39,042 nucleotides of DNA from Catajapyx aquilonaris (taxonomy: Eukaryota), in NCBI GenBank assembly GCA_000934665.2, contig JYFJ02003663.1:1-39042 (forward strand), given 5' to 3'. The notes below the pieces were generated by a model. That model was not told where the DNA came from. It was given only the letters and a program-made list of their open reading frames with translations, and did no database searches. Shown piece by piece: positions 25,901-35,750 of the stretch (position 1 is the stretch's first letter; every line of letters begins with the position of its first letter). Made by a program: the position numbers and the translations under genes.

Positions 25901-26729
25901 GAGACAGTCAAGTGGGAAGGGAGGGAGCAGTGGGGAGGTCAGATGGAGAAGTCACACCCCACACACGGACTACGTCACATGTTGCACAGGTTTTTGAAGA
26001 TGCATGTATACTCTGCATGTGTAAGTGGGAATGGGTTTTACGTAGGTAGGCACTTGCAGGAAGGACACGGTTTTTGGTAATATCAGCAGCTAATGCATTT
26101 GATAACTATTGAAAAGTAACTCCTTAAGAATAAGCATCTTCATGCCAATATTATCTGCTAACTGCTGTTGACGTTTTGTTTGGAACACCCTGTATATTTT
26201 ATGAAGGGTGTGTTGTGAGAAAGAGAGATATTCATTTACTAAATTGTGACTATACAGTATGAGAGGTTATAATTATTGAGAGAATCCACCAATGTAATGC
26301 AGGAGAAGCAATGTAAATCAAATGAAGCAAACCGTGTCCTTACCCTGGAAGTAGTAGGTAGTGGGTAGTAGAGTTGGAGCGAGGCGAGTAAAAAAACCGC
26401 CTCCCCGACCCTCCCACCAGGTGGCCCAGAAGTGCCAGATGGACCACAGCACCACTCCCCACGAGGTCCTAGGCTTCAGGGATCCCCCTCCAGCCCAGGC
26501 GGACTACAGGGAATCCAACGTGAGGGCCTGGGTCCAGGAGCATTATGGAACCTGCAACTACTACGAGAACCTGGCGGATCTTCGCAATGGAAGTGGCCCC
26601 TTCCCACCTCCACCGCCCCCCCACAAGCACTGTCCATCCCAACCAACTGTACCTGTAAAGCGAAGAGCACCGCCACCCCCGCCGCCAAAGAGGAGCGAAA
26701 CCACGCAGCTCAGTGCCAGGCCTCAATGA
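10805..26729 (+). CDS. pico: MRL-family adaptor (pico/Mig-10/RIAM/lamellipodin-like), spliced: join(10805-10948,21383-21494,21591-21707,21781-21927,21995-22149,22953-23190,23290-23669,23780-24110,24322-25102,25418-25823,26421-26729), ~1039 aa
   Basis: Coiled coil (KAEKIRIALEKIKEANVKKL), RA domain (FIKAFMTDNSTKSLLVDE...WGLVEHLPELYMERIYEDHENLVDNLLMW), PH domain ([28 protein letters not shown]...KYIKYLCAED...WVMGIRIAKHG) and multiple L/FPPPP motifs. All introns are GT-AG, phases match, and the joined length is 3120 nt. An in-frame TGA lies just upstream of ATG 10805. Confidence 0.93.
17771..17977 (+). CDS. Candidate alternative first coding exon of the MRL gene (MPVSSSLLCG...PLSPLLLQLIQL)
   Basis: 69 open codons ending at a GTGAGT donor in phase 0; tandem TCAGTCAGTC initiator-like motif at 17706-17715. 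Confidence 0.5.
20251..20298 (+). CDS. Candidate alternative first coding exon of the MRL gene (MTADVSDEDVDEGIAV)
   Basis: ATG plus 15 codons, then consensus GTAAGT donor in phase 0 matching exon 21383; initiator-like TCAGT at 20193. Confidence 0.6.
21383..21494 (+). CDS. pico: MRL gene coding exon 2 (GLDN...RIDSYRFSMANLE)
   Basis: ttttttttgcag acceptor, GTAAGA donor; YRFS..NL motif typical of MRL N-termini. Confidence 0.9.
21591..21707 (+). CDS. pico: MRL gene coding exon 3 (DSQDVELDAILGELCAL)
   Basis: gacag acceptor, GTGAGT donor, phase 1-1; LD-type helix. Confidence 0.9.
21781..21927 (+). CDS. pico: MRL gene coding exon 4 (DGGHQPMSSSS...GMTKSDS), not in the ORF track
   Basis: atttcag acceptor, GTTAGC donor; 147 nt, phase 1-1, stop-free; flanking introns 73 and 67 nt. 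Confidence 0.75.
21995..22149 (+). CDS. pico: MRL gene coding exon 5 (RTESPDNDSAFSDNVSMLSSESSASS)
   Basis: tttgcag acceptor, GTCAGT donor; SPDNDSAF motif recognised from invertebrate MRL proteins. Confidence 0.9.
22953..23190 (+). CDS. pico: MRL gene exon: coiled coil and first part of RA domain
   Basis: ORF 22884-23198; donor GTAAAT at 23191. The acceptor (atgaag) is weak, so the start is less certain. Confidence 0.88.
23290..23669 (+). CDS. pico: MRL gene exon: end of RA domain and start of PH domain
   Basis: ORF 23226-23741; ccaccag acceptor, GTTAGT donor. Confidence 0.95.
23780..24110 (+). CDS. pico: MRL gene exon: C-terminal half of PH domain
   Basis: ORF 23774-24235; gtgcag acceptor, GTAAGA donor. 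Confidence 0.93.
24322..25102 (+). CDS. pico: MRL gene exon: GTIKR motif and proline-rich EVH1-ligand region
   Basis: ORF 24324-25160; three phase-compatible acceptors (exon start 24313, 24319 or 24322); donor GTATAG at 25103. Confidence 0.88.
25418..25823 (+). CDS. pico: MRL gene exon: proline-rich region and FLKDLQRVMQKKWQ motif
   Basis: atttcag acceptor (phase 2), GTCAGT donor. Confidence 0.9.
26421..26729 (+). CDS. pico: MRL gene last coding exon (VAQKC...HEVLGFRDPP...PPPPPKRSETTQLS)
   Basis: cccaccag acceptor, phase 0; TGA at 26727-26729. Confidence 0.9.
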   Translation: MAQKCQMDHSTTPHEVLGFRDPPPAQADYRESNVRAWVQEHYGTCNYYENLADLRNGSGPFPPPPPPHKHCPSQPTVPVKRRAPPPPPPKRSETTQLSARPQ

Positions 26730-27587
26730 GACCACAGCTTTCGGCCAACTTTAGATCTCATCCTGTTATTTTTAAGTTTGTCTGACCTACGAAGCAAGTT
26801 CTTTGCTCAATTCAAGTGGCTGATAATGTTCACTCGCTTACCCAGCTTAATGTTGGGCAAAGTTGGAGGCTATCTGTAAATTACATAATGCTATTCGTTT
26901 GGTAACTAGTTGAAAATAAAGGATTATGTTTGTTACAATTTTTCAAATGAAAATTGAGCAATTAATGAAAGAGGCCATTGTAGGCTGACATAGCACATTG
27001 CAAGGGTAAAACGTCGCATAATAATAATAATAGCATTAAACAATATACGGATATCTTCTTGCCAGAAGTAGTCATGGACAAGGTTTCAGTTGTTTGCCTG
27101 TAGACATATTTATTCCACCAGTATGGATGTTTTCTTGCCAAAGATGAGCTTTGAATAGGGGAATTTCAAGGGAGGGTGGGAGATGTATATTGGAGGGGAG
27201 GGGATCACGTATGTGGTTGGGATGCAGCCACCCAACGACCTGTGGAATATGCACAAGGGTTTTGAGAAGACTGATTTCAATCTTTTTTGGCATGCCATGT
27301 ATACTATTCCAATTTTTATATCAATAGTTTCTCTCACAATAATAATGTTTGTAAAGGTGAAAAAAAAAGCCTGAGAGCAGGTGCGAGAGGATTGCCAGGT
27401 GACTTAAAACATGTACGCGTGTCATGTCAGGGATTAGGAACATAATGAGGTCATAATATGCTTCATGCAGTATGTGTGCACCCAGTTTCAGTTTCTTTCT
27501 TGCTTTGTATCTTGATGTTGAGTCACCACTACTTGCATAATTTTGCATAATAATTCTGTACTTTTTATGATGAAATTTTTAAGCAAC

Positions 27588-27597
27588 ATTATCATTA

Positions 27598-27634
<37 letters not shown>
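27588..27634. repeat. (TTA)n microsatellite in the MRL 3' UTR
   Basis: Direct reading. Confidence 0.9.
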
Positions 27635-28288
27635 TAAGTTGGTGCTTTGAGTGTACCTTTTTAGACACAATTACTCGTATTTGAAATAGTGGAAAGCATG
27701 TATGTAGTGCATAAAGTGCATTATTTTGTAAACAAACAGGCTGGATGCGGTGTGTTTGGAGTGTGTTTGTGTACACGTGCGTGTCCGTGTGTGTGCCAAA
27801 GTGTCCTTTTACATGTGGGGATTTTTTTATTATTTGTACTATACTATATTTTTTTCCAAGGGTGCTAAGCTTCTTCGGGACGCTTCTTGGCTGTTTCCTT
27901 GTAAAAAAAAAAAAAAAGTGGCACTATACATGTGTAAACTAGCCCTACTTTTCTCCTCGACAGAACGGTGAAAAGTCACAGCTGGACAGTTGGCACTCAT
28001 GATGATAGTTCCTACACGCGTTGGTCCCGCGAATGTGTGGTTTCAGCACAGTTCCGAAAGGAGTAATCTACGATTATTAGAGATTGATGATTAACTACAA
28101 ATATTGACATGATGATGATGATGAAGTTGTGTGTTTTTACGGTTTATGATTATGGATGCGATTTATGATTACGGATGCGCATGAATCGTTCACATTGTAC
28201 AGAGAGAAATGATGTCGACAGTGTATGCCAGAGATAGTTTAACATTAATTGCTGAATATAATAATTATGCTAATGGTGATTAATATTG

Positions 28289-28321
28289 AATAAAATGTTG
28301 AAATATTTCTCTTTATTTATT
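28289..28321. promoter_or_regulatory. Opposed polyadenylation signals of the two convergent genes
   Basis: AATAAA on + at 28289-28294; TTTATT (AATAAA on -) at 28312-28317 and 28316-28321. Confidence 0.5.
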
Positions 28322-28756
28322 TAATATGGACTTGGCATGAATTGAGATGGTTACTGTGCAATTAATTCCAATTTGTGAAGGTGAAACTAATAATACAGTA
28401 TAATAGCAATGTTTTCTTATCATATTTTTGATTATTTGTTTAAAAGTTTTTTTCTAACAAGAAACTGTTGTTTGATGTCTTACTTCAAAAGTGTGGAGTA
28501 ACTTTTAGCATGAAATCACCTTGAAATCCATTTCCTATTGCGTAGGAGCTACTTCTAACTTATTTAGATGTGTCTGAAATGGTTTATATCAGCAGAGAGA
28601 GAAAGAGGCCTGAGGTTTCAATATCTTGAAACTCCAAGCATTACAGAATTGGTCATAATCAGAAGATTGATTGTAGGGAGAGCAGGAGGACAGCGCGCGC
28701 CATGCTGGAAAACTACACAAGGTCCATATGAATGTAGTGGATTTATTTGGACACAG

Positions 28757-29140
28757 TCATATTGGTGTCTCTTCCTTTTGGTTGTGTCCGAAAGATGACC
28801 TCCTAGTAGTGACCAGGAGCCTGTGCCCTCTCTTGTTCACTGGATTCACACTGGCTGAGGATTGCGGCAGGAGTGTGGGTGATCCTCCTTCTGCAGTGAT
28901 CCCACAATTGGGGTTGAGATGGGGCAGGAAGAGCCTTTCCGATGCCGAGACAAAGACTGAGGACGTCCTGGTGGCTGACCTGCGTCTCCAGGAGGTTAGG
29001 CCAGGTAACCCTGCTGTGGACAGACTTCTTGTTCCTCTGGATGACCCTTGCCGTCTGAGCAGGACCCGGAAGTAGCGCTTCCGAATGGCCAGCCGGACCT
29101 CTGTGTTCAGGAAGCAGTACAGGATGGCCACAAATATGCC
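28757..29140 (-). CDS. GPCR last exon (end of TM7, helix 8, C-tail)
   Basis: cactcag acceptor; GIFVAILYCFLNTEVR; TGA at 28757. Confidence 0.92.
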   Translation of the reverse strand, partial: GIFVAILYCFLNTEVRLAIRKRYFRVLLRRQGSSRGTRSLSTAGLPGLTSWRRRSATRTSSVFVSASERLFLPHLNPNCGITAEGGSPTLLPQSSASVNPVNKRGHRLLVTTRRSSFGHNQKEETPI

Positions 29141-30920
29141 CTGAGTGAGGCAAGCAAGGGTAGCACAGTGTGTACTCAGGGTAGTTCACCTTACATATAC
29201 AGAACACACATATAAAAGAGGTATGTCAAGAAAGTTGTGGACAGTAATATCTTGGGGCTATCCAAGCGTATGTGGTGTAAAAGTTACGGAACTAAACCTG
29301 ATGTACATTTATTCACAACTTCTTTCATATAGCACTTAGTTACGGCGTTTATAAGAGAGAATATGAAATGACCGCAAGGGGGTTCAACAGGTGCAAAGTT
29401 TAATTACCTGTAGAGATTGCAGGATAGCATTTGTAATGAAATATGCGGCTTCCAAGCCGCCATCGTCATCAGGGTTGACGAAGAAAAATAGATTTGGCAC
29501 ACCCAGTAAGGGGAAGAGCACAACAGTGGCTTTCACCGCTTTCCTAAAGAAAGTATGTGTGATTATTAGGTGCAGCTGATAACAAAATATACCTCACTTG
29601 ATTTGGTCTGTCTCCATAGTGTTGTTAGCCCTGAGTTTGGTGACCAAGATTCGTATGATGTTGATGAGGAAGAGCAAGTTGATACCAAGCGCCAACAGCA
29701 TGGGCGCGATGACTATCCATATGTATGGTTCGTCGATGAAGCGTTGCCAACATGAGGCTGATGACAGGTGGAAGCTCTGCATGCAGATGACCCACACCAC
29801 CACCAGCAGACCAGGTATACCTTCGGAAGTTGTCAGATATTTAAATGCACGAGGACTCATACCAGAAGCTATTCTCACCCCATCCGATGACATGGAAAAG
29901 CTTGAAAGGGGCCTGGAAGTTGAAGATGGAGATGGTGATGCGCGAGTGGAGGTAGAAACCTTCGTTGAACATCCAGCTCACACTGGCCAAAGTGGCGTAC
30001 AGTTTTAAAGACACCACCGTCTTACACACCCATTCCTGAAAAATCGGTAGTTCACACGTCTTGCACTGTTTTGTCTCCAAGGTACTTTAAAAAAAATAGA
30101 ACTCACAACGTCTCTGTACGTGGTTCCTTCACGGTGTGTTATTCCGGGTTCCACTACCAAAATCAGCAATATAAATCTCAGCAGTAGAGCAGCTACCAGG
30201 TTTTTATGTACTGACAACCGGTTGCAGTGAAGAGCTCTGAGCCAAGAATAATCATTAGTCGACCCTTTTTAAGAGCAAATATTTATGCCCCTGAAAACTT
30301 GTAACACCCTCAGAATTTCCTTCGGTTTTGTTCAAGTGCTAGTAACTATGATTATGAAACACCTTGTAGTAATAAAATCATGTAAGTATAGGTGACTCAC
30401 TTGAAGTAGCAAAATATGAACATGGTGATGGAGAGAAGCACCAGAGAAATGAGTGATCCCACAAAGGTGATGTAGCAGATGATCTGCAATGTTTCTTCGG
30501 GAAGACTGTCCTGAAGAAAAAGCAAACATTTCCCATCTGAAGAACACGAGCCAAATGCAAGTTGAAAGGCTTTGTAACACAAAGTTTTACAGAGTTTATT
30601 GGTAGGGGAAAAGGACCTGCTGATGAATTTCCTTGAGTATGTCCATGCAGACGGTGTAGTTGGTCAGGTTGGCCCATCGACCTTGAGGATAGCACTCTCG
30701 GAAGGCCAGGGCTGAATAGGACATGGAAACAAACAGACCAATCACATTGCTTTTAAATTACTCGGCATGATATTACCATGTTCCGGTACTTTGGCAGCGC
30801 TGACACTATCGTACTTCTTTCCTATAATAATGCTGCAGGGAGCTGTCGCCACTCTGTTGGAAGGCGTCGTTGGCCAGCAGTGAAGCTCATCACAACATTC
30901 TTCACATTGACTTCCGTTCC
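28757..30920 (-). CDS. Secretin-family (class B1) GPCR, CRF/DH44/PDF-receptor-like: complement(join(30777-30920,30617-30711,30401-30510,30107-30236,29879-30035,29598-29820,29408-29543,28757-29140))
   Basis: Hormone-receptor ectodomain (CWP..., AFRECYPQGRW, TNYTVC), TM1 GSLISLVLL, LHCNRLSVHKNL, WMFNEGFYLH, IGWGIP, NIIRILVTKLRA, KAVKATVVLFPLLG and SLQGIFVAILYCFLNTEV. All introns are GT-AG with matching phases. The subfamily is not resolvable by eye. Confidence 0.93.
29408..29543 (-). CDS. GPCR exon TM6-TM7 (KAVKATVVLFPLLGVPNLFF...NAILQSLQ)
   Basis: ttctttag acceptor, GTAATT donor; hand translation, not in the ORF track. Confidence 0.92.
29598..29820 (-). CDS. GPCR exon TM4-TM5
   Basis: ORF 29594-29893; GIPGLLVVVW...CW...INIIRILVTKL. 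Confidence 0.92.
29879..30035 (-). CDS. GPCR exon TM3-ICL2
   Basis: EWVCK...WMFNEGFYLH...IGWG; ttttcag acceptor, GTGAGA donor. Confidence 0.92.
30107..30236 (-). CDS. GPCR exon ICL1-TM2
   Basis: ALHCNRLSVHKNLVAALLLR; GTGAGT donor. Confidence 0.9.
30401..30510 (-). CDS. GPCR exon TM1
   Basis: ttcttcag acceptor; YITFVGSLISLVLLSITMFIFCYF; GTGAGT donor. Confidence 0.9.
30617..30711 (-). CDS. GPCR ectodomain exon (LAFRECYPQGRWANLTNYTVCM)
   Basis: tattcag acceptor; RxC..G.W and NYT.C motifs; donor GTCCTT is weak. Confidence 0.85.
30777..30920 (-). CDS. GPCR ectodomain exon (NGSQCEECCDELHCWPTT...APC)
   Basis: ttttcag acceptor, GTAATA donor, phase 1-1; D-x3-CWP motif. Confidence 0.85.
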
Positions 30921-33900
30921 CTGAAAAGGTCATTATCAGATAAAATTGGCTAGGCGTCACTTTGTCTATCCACACTTTGACTCATCACTTACGTGCATGT
31001 AGTTACCATAAAGTGTGGTGGGAGTAGTGTGCAGGTATAGGGAGGATGCGCGCCATCTGCTAGTGGCATATCGCACTACCCCCAACCGGGTGGCGGGCTG
31101 GGCAGTGTTGCCAAATTTTTGCAGCGGTGTGTAGTTATAAAGACCGTAGTTCATGACGAGCCTTTCTCCTAAACCACATCCTTGACATTTTCCAGGAATG
31201 ACATCCAGTTAACATCCTTTGCGAATTTAGACGGCTATTTAGTACCCCTACGAGTCGCGTAATTTGTCCTAAATGGCTCGAGCTCTCTTCCACCCCCCTT
31301 ACCCCGCTCTCCAGACAGCCTAATAAGTATGCAGAACCAGCTTGTTTATCCTAACAGACTAGCTAACCTATGCGCCTCTCTTGCTCACCGCATGGCCTAA
31401 ATGGCCAGGGGAAATCTGCTGCTGCCCACATAGCTTCGTTCCGCCACACTCTGTAGCTAACCATTATGTGTCTTCATGGCACGTACTTAGGCCAGGTGTA
31501 TTTTATTGTGGTACTGTTTGTTGAATGGTAGGCACTGTAACGTGTGGGTCAAGTGTCAAATAACAACACAGCAGGTTGTTTTGAGGCGATCAATCGATTT
31601 ATTTGGACGCAATCGATGTATAGATTTTCATCCCGTGTTTGTTTGAATCAATGGAAAGGGCAATATTCTTGACACCATATCGCAAACATTGCCAACAATA
31701 TGTTATTTTTGGCTAAGCGAGTTCAGAATTTTTTAAAAAAATTGCAGTCACTTTTTTGTTACAGGTAATTTGCGATGATGGAGAAATAATTTGATAAAGT
31801 CTGCTCGTAACCACAAATTCACTTGCCAGTTGACAGATTCTGCATGTCACGTAAATGTACAAGGTGTACTGCAGACTATATGCAAGTGTGAAGTCCGACA
31901 GAGTTTGCACTTTCGCCAATCAATAAACCTGTTTCAAGCACACGACTTTCATGTGCTTTTCATGAACTGTCAGTCTGTAACACATGGCCCAGTAAAGTTG
32001 CAAGTTTCGTAGATCTGTCAAAGTCGTCGTCCAATCAGCTGCTAATGCCACAGCGGGTGTTTAGTATATAGCAGCTTTTTAGTCCGCGGCTCAAAAATTC
32101 TCCTTGGACTAATTTTAGCCTCGACTGACTCGCTTATCATCATCTCGAGGATCATGCGGTGGCGTCTGTTTCGTCTTTTTGCCCTTCCTTCGCACCTTTT
32201 CGGCATAGGAAAAAAAATGAGCAAATCATGTTGTATAATCTGAAACTTAATCCAAGCTTGTGTAGATTAATCCTGATGAATTAAATCCTCTGGCATGTGC
32301 AAATATTTGAATACGTTACACTTGCTACCGATTTTACTATATAGGTTAATTAATGTTAGATGAAAACATAATTTATGCAAATTGTATTGCGAAAGTACGT
32401 GTGAAATTTCCCAGAATGTATAATGCAGCACTGCAATGCATGGATGATCATTTGAAACTTTTTTTTAAACATCTGGTTCCGCGACGCAAAATATTTTTCG
32501 CATAAGCCTATACGAAGTGGTGGGATCAACGCTGTCATTTTCAGCTATGTGCATCAAAGCTTATCCTTGGCAAAAGCCAACCTTCCAGCCCAACTTTGAC
32601 CTGTCCGTCGGATTCTATGAAATCCGGATGTCAGCTATTACATTACCCTTACTGGCCTGGTGAGAACGCAAAGAGGTTTTAAGTCAGGTCACCTGGGAGA
32701 TTATCCCGGCTCTCCCATGGCAACAGCGCAGAACTTGCCAAGAGCCCTTGCAAATAAAATCTGCAACTCGATTCCCACAAACCTGCCCTTTTTTTTGCTT
32801 ATGAAAACCCAGCCAAATTTGAAAAAAATTGCATATGTTATGCTGATTAGTACTTTTACTAATTAACCAGGCCTATACACTGGATGAGCAGTAAACAAAA
32901 TCATGTACCTGAAATGTAGGACGATATATGACATTTTATTGCGATTTGCTTATGAAATTTAATTTTTTTAGAGGTCTGGTATTTTTTATCGTCAGAAATC
33001 TGACCTTTCGAGGACTAATTTTGGCCAAAACCCTGCATTTAAGGTATTAATTATGTTTCCAACTACAGACACCACATGTAGCTACTTGTTACAGTAAAAA
33101 GTAAAGGCTGAACGAATAATCGGATGAGTGGCTGAGTCCCTATAGAATTGAAAGCTATTGTCTGTACTAGAGTGCAGATAGTCGTGACTACTATGGCTTC
33201 AGCTCTACTATTTTTTGCTGCTACATTTTGGAGTGCGCCCGTTGTATACTCGAGGCTAAAAAAATATAACGGCTCACAAAGGGGCATGAAATTCGTTTTT
33301 AGCTGCCGCATATCAGTAAAGCGAAACTTAATTTAGTACTCTGGGATAGCATGACGCTCTAATTTTTCCGCAATACTGTATCGCCTGACATCACCTGCCG
33401 CTTGCTGCGCATTTTGTTACGAAAAAAAAACGCATTAATGCTCATTACTTTTCTGTGAAAACCAATTAAAATAGTGGCCCTAACGGGTATCGATGTAACG
33501 GCTAATTGTAGGGTCGAAAATGGCAGTGTTTACATGTACAGAGCCGGTGGATATAATGCAGTATACATAGGCCGGCAAGGCAGCAACCACAAGATTAGTA
33601 AAATAAGCATACCGCGACGTTTTACTGATTACAAAGTAAACAGGATGAAGCTGGCGAGAAAAGCGGATAGATAGAGATAAATGGTTCTTTGTCATCCCAA
33701 AAAAATATGTGCTCCTGCAATCCATTTGTTTTCAAAATCATGCGCATGTTGCATTAATTATGGTCCGAATGGAAGAGGTCCTCGTGATGCAGGGATCTGT
33801 AATACCTGTCCGTTACATGCTGCTGGGTCGCTGATAAGTGCCCCTATGTGAACCCGCGGCTTTATATTTCAAATTGTCCGTCGGCAACATCAAACGGCCT

Positions 33901-35677
33901 AATCAGGCTATTCTTAATGAAGGAGTATTCATCAATCAGCTCTTCTTCCTCCTGACTCATGAACTTCAACTTATTTTTCTCCGAAAAAATATGTATAGCC
34001 CGCGATTATATGTGAAGCATCGTCCTCTTTATTAGAGACTCTGCTTTTCAGGAACCCCAACAATTTGCGGGCTTTTGAATGGAGGGCACTTTATGGCCGC
34101 AATTTCCGTCTAGGTGTACAGATTTGTCGTGTTAGAGTCTTTTCATTCGGATTCACGCCATGACCCACAAAAAAATGGTCTGGGTCATTTGCAACGGGAG
34201 CGTATTCTGAGGGTCCCATTTCCCAAAATGGGGCTGTCAGAGCTCGGTTGCACGAACTAGAACTCTGGGGAAAAATAAGTACCTTTCTTCAGTGTCATTA
34301 CTCCGGTGGTTCTAGATGTTCATGCCGAATCTGGTCGGATTTTGTTGTTTCACCACCGATTCTAAAAGGTCATGTTAGTTTTTCCCTCGAGGGTGCGACG
34401 CGTGCAAATTTGTTCACGCATGTTGTCCAATTATGGCCTGCAAAGTGGTGTCATCAACTAATTCGTGTGGTCATTAAAAGGACATCGGATATACCGTACT
34501 TTGTGTCCGGTGGGAAATACGTGAAACCGGGACGTTAATTAAATCCACCTGGGCAAAATTTTAGTGATTTCAAGCAGAGTAAATGTTGAGTCTCGTGGCT
34601 GTAAATGGTGGATAAGGAGTCGTGTTATGAGGAACGTATACTTTGATGTGTTTTTGCTGTTCATACACCTTTAATGGGGTCCGGAACTATAAAATTATGA
34701 TGTTTAAATTATAATATTCATGAGGGGACTTCGATCGTGGTGTGAGCATGTCGTGGGAATTCAAGTTTACTTTATGCTGGAGCGGTTCATTTGGAGGAAT
34801 ATTATGTTCTGTTGCATCTAATTTGGTAAAAAAAAAATTGTCCCAGTGACTGTACGACCTGTTTGAGTCGAAACGTCAATTATGATAGCACTGGTCGTTG
34901 ATGCAATATCAAAGTAGTTCAAACTCGCATTGCTCATAATGTAATATGAAGTGCAATTAAAATCATGACAAGCTCGGTTAGTCGGATTGTCAGTTACGTG
35001 TTTTGTCGACAACTACTGTAGTTGCTCTTACATACCTATAAGCAAAATTATTGCTCTGGGATAGGCCAACAAGTTAGTATATTACAGTGAAGTTGTCCGC
35101 ATGCGATAAAGTCAGAATAATGAATCTGAAAAGGGATATGGATTCTCTCAGGCGACTACAAGTATTGGAAAAATAAAAGTTGGAGGTATAGCTGGGGATG
35201 CAATGAATTAGAATCGTTATCTCACTTTTCAGCCAGAGGGTATCTCAGTGAGACGATTTGGGTGTCTACTTCTTTTGACCTTCAATGTTTCCCTGAGCAA
35301 CATGCTAACTGGACGTAGTTTCAGATATCTTACTGATGCAAATAATAAAATGTCAAGATTCTTTAAAATGTGAGCTGAATATGTACACAGAAATTGCGCA
35401 AAAGATAAGTGACCCCCACATGGTATAGCGTACAAAAATGCACAACGATCAGAGTCACGTATTTTTAAGAGCGTTTAAAGATTGAAGGATACCTTATGGC
35501 AGTTACGAGATCATGGTTGTGTACACTGTATGAAAATGTTTTAAAATCAGAACACTGACCCCTTCAGTACACAATGCCCAAAATGTAACTCTGATAATTC
35601 TGCACTTGAAATAGAAGTTTATCTAATAAATGAATAAGACAGCCAACAAACTCTGTATCTCCCAAATATTAGCTCAC

Positions 35678-35750
35678 CTTGAGAGTACGCTGTGTTCCAG
35701 GCGTCAAAATAACAGTTCCTGTACGGCTGTCCTACTCCTTGATGACCCAT
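35678..35750 (-). CDS. Probable first coding exon of the GPCR (MGHQGVGQPYRNCYFDAWNTAYSQ)
   Basis: Strong acceptor tttcacag (exon begins 35756), ATG at 35750, CAAG|GTGAGC phase-1 donor matching the phase-1 acceptor at 30920. It supplies the otherwise missing first ectodomain Cys. Confidence 0.55.

Noticed and set aside
26432..26785. 117-aa ORF overlapping the last MRL exon in another frame
   Set aside because: Expected in GC-rich coding sequence; no recognisable motif or compatible splice phase.
29391..30008. Plus-strand ORFs over the GPCR
   Set aside because: Antisense shadows of transmembrane exons.
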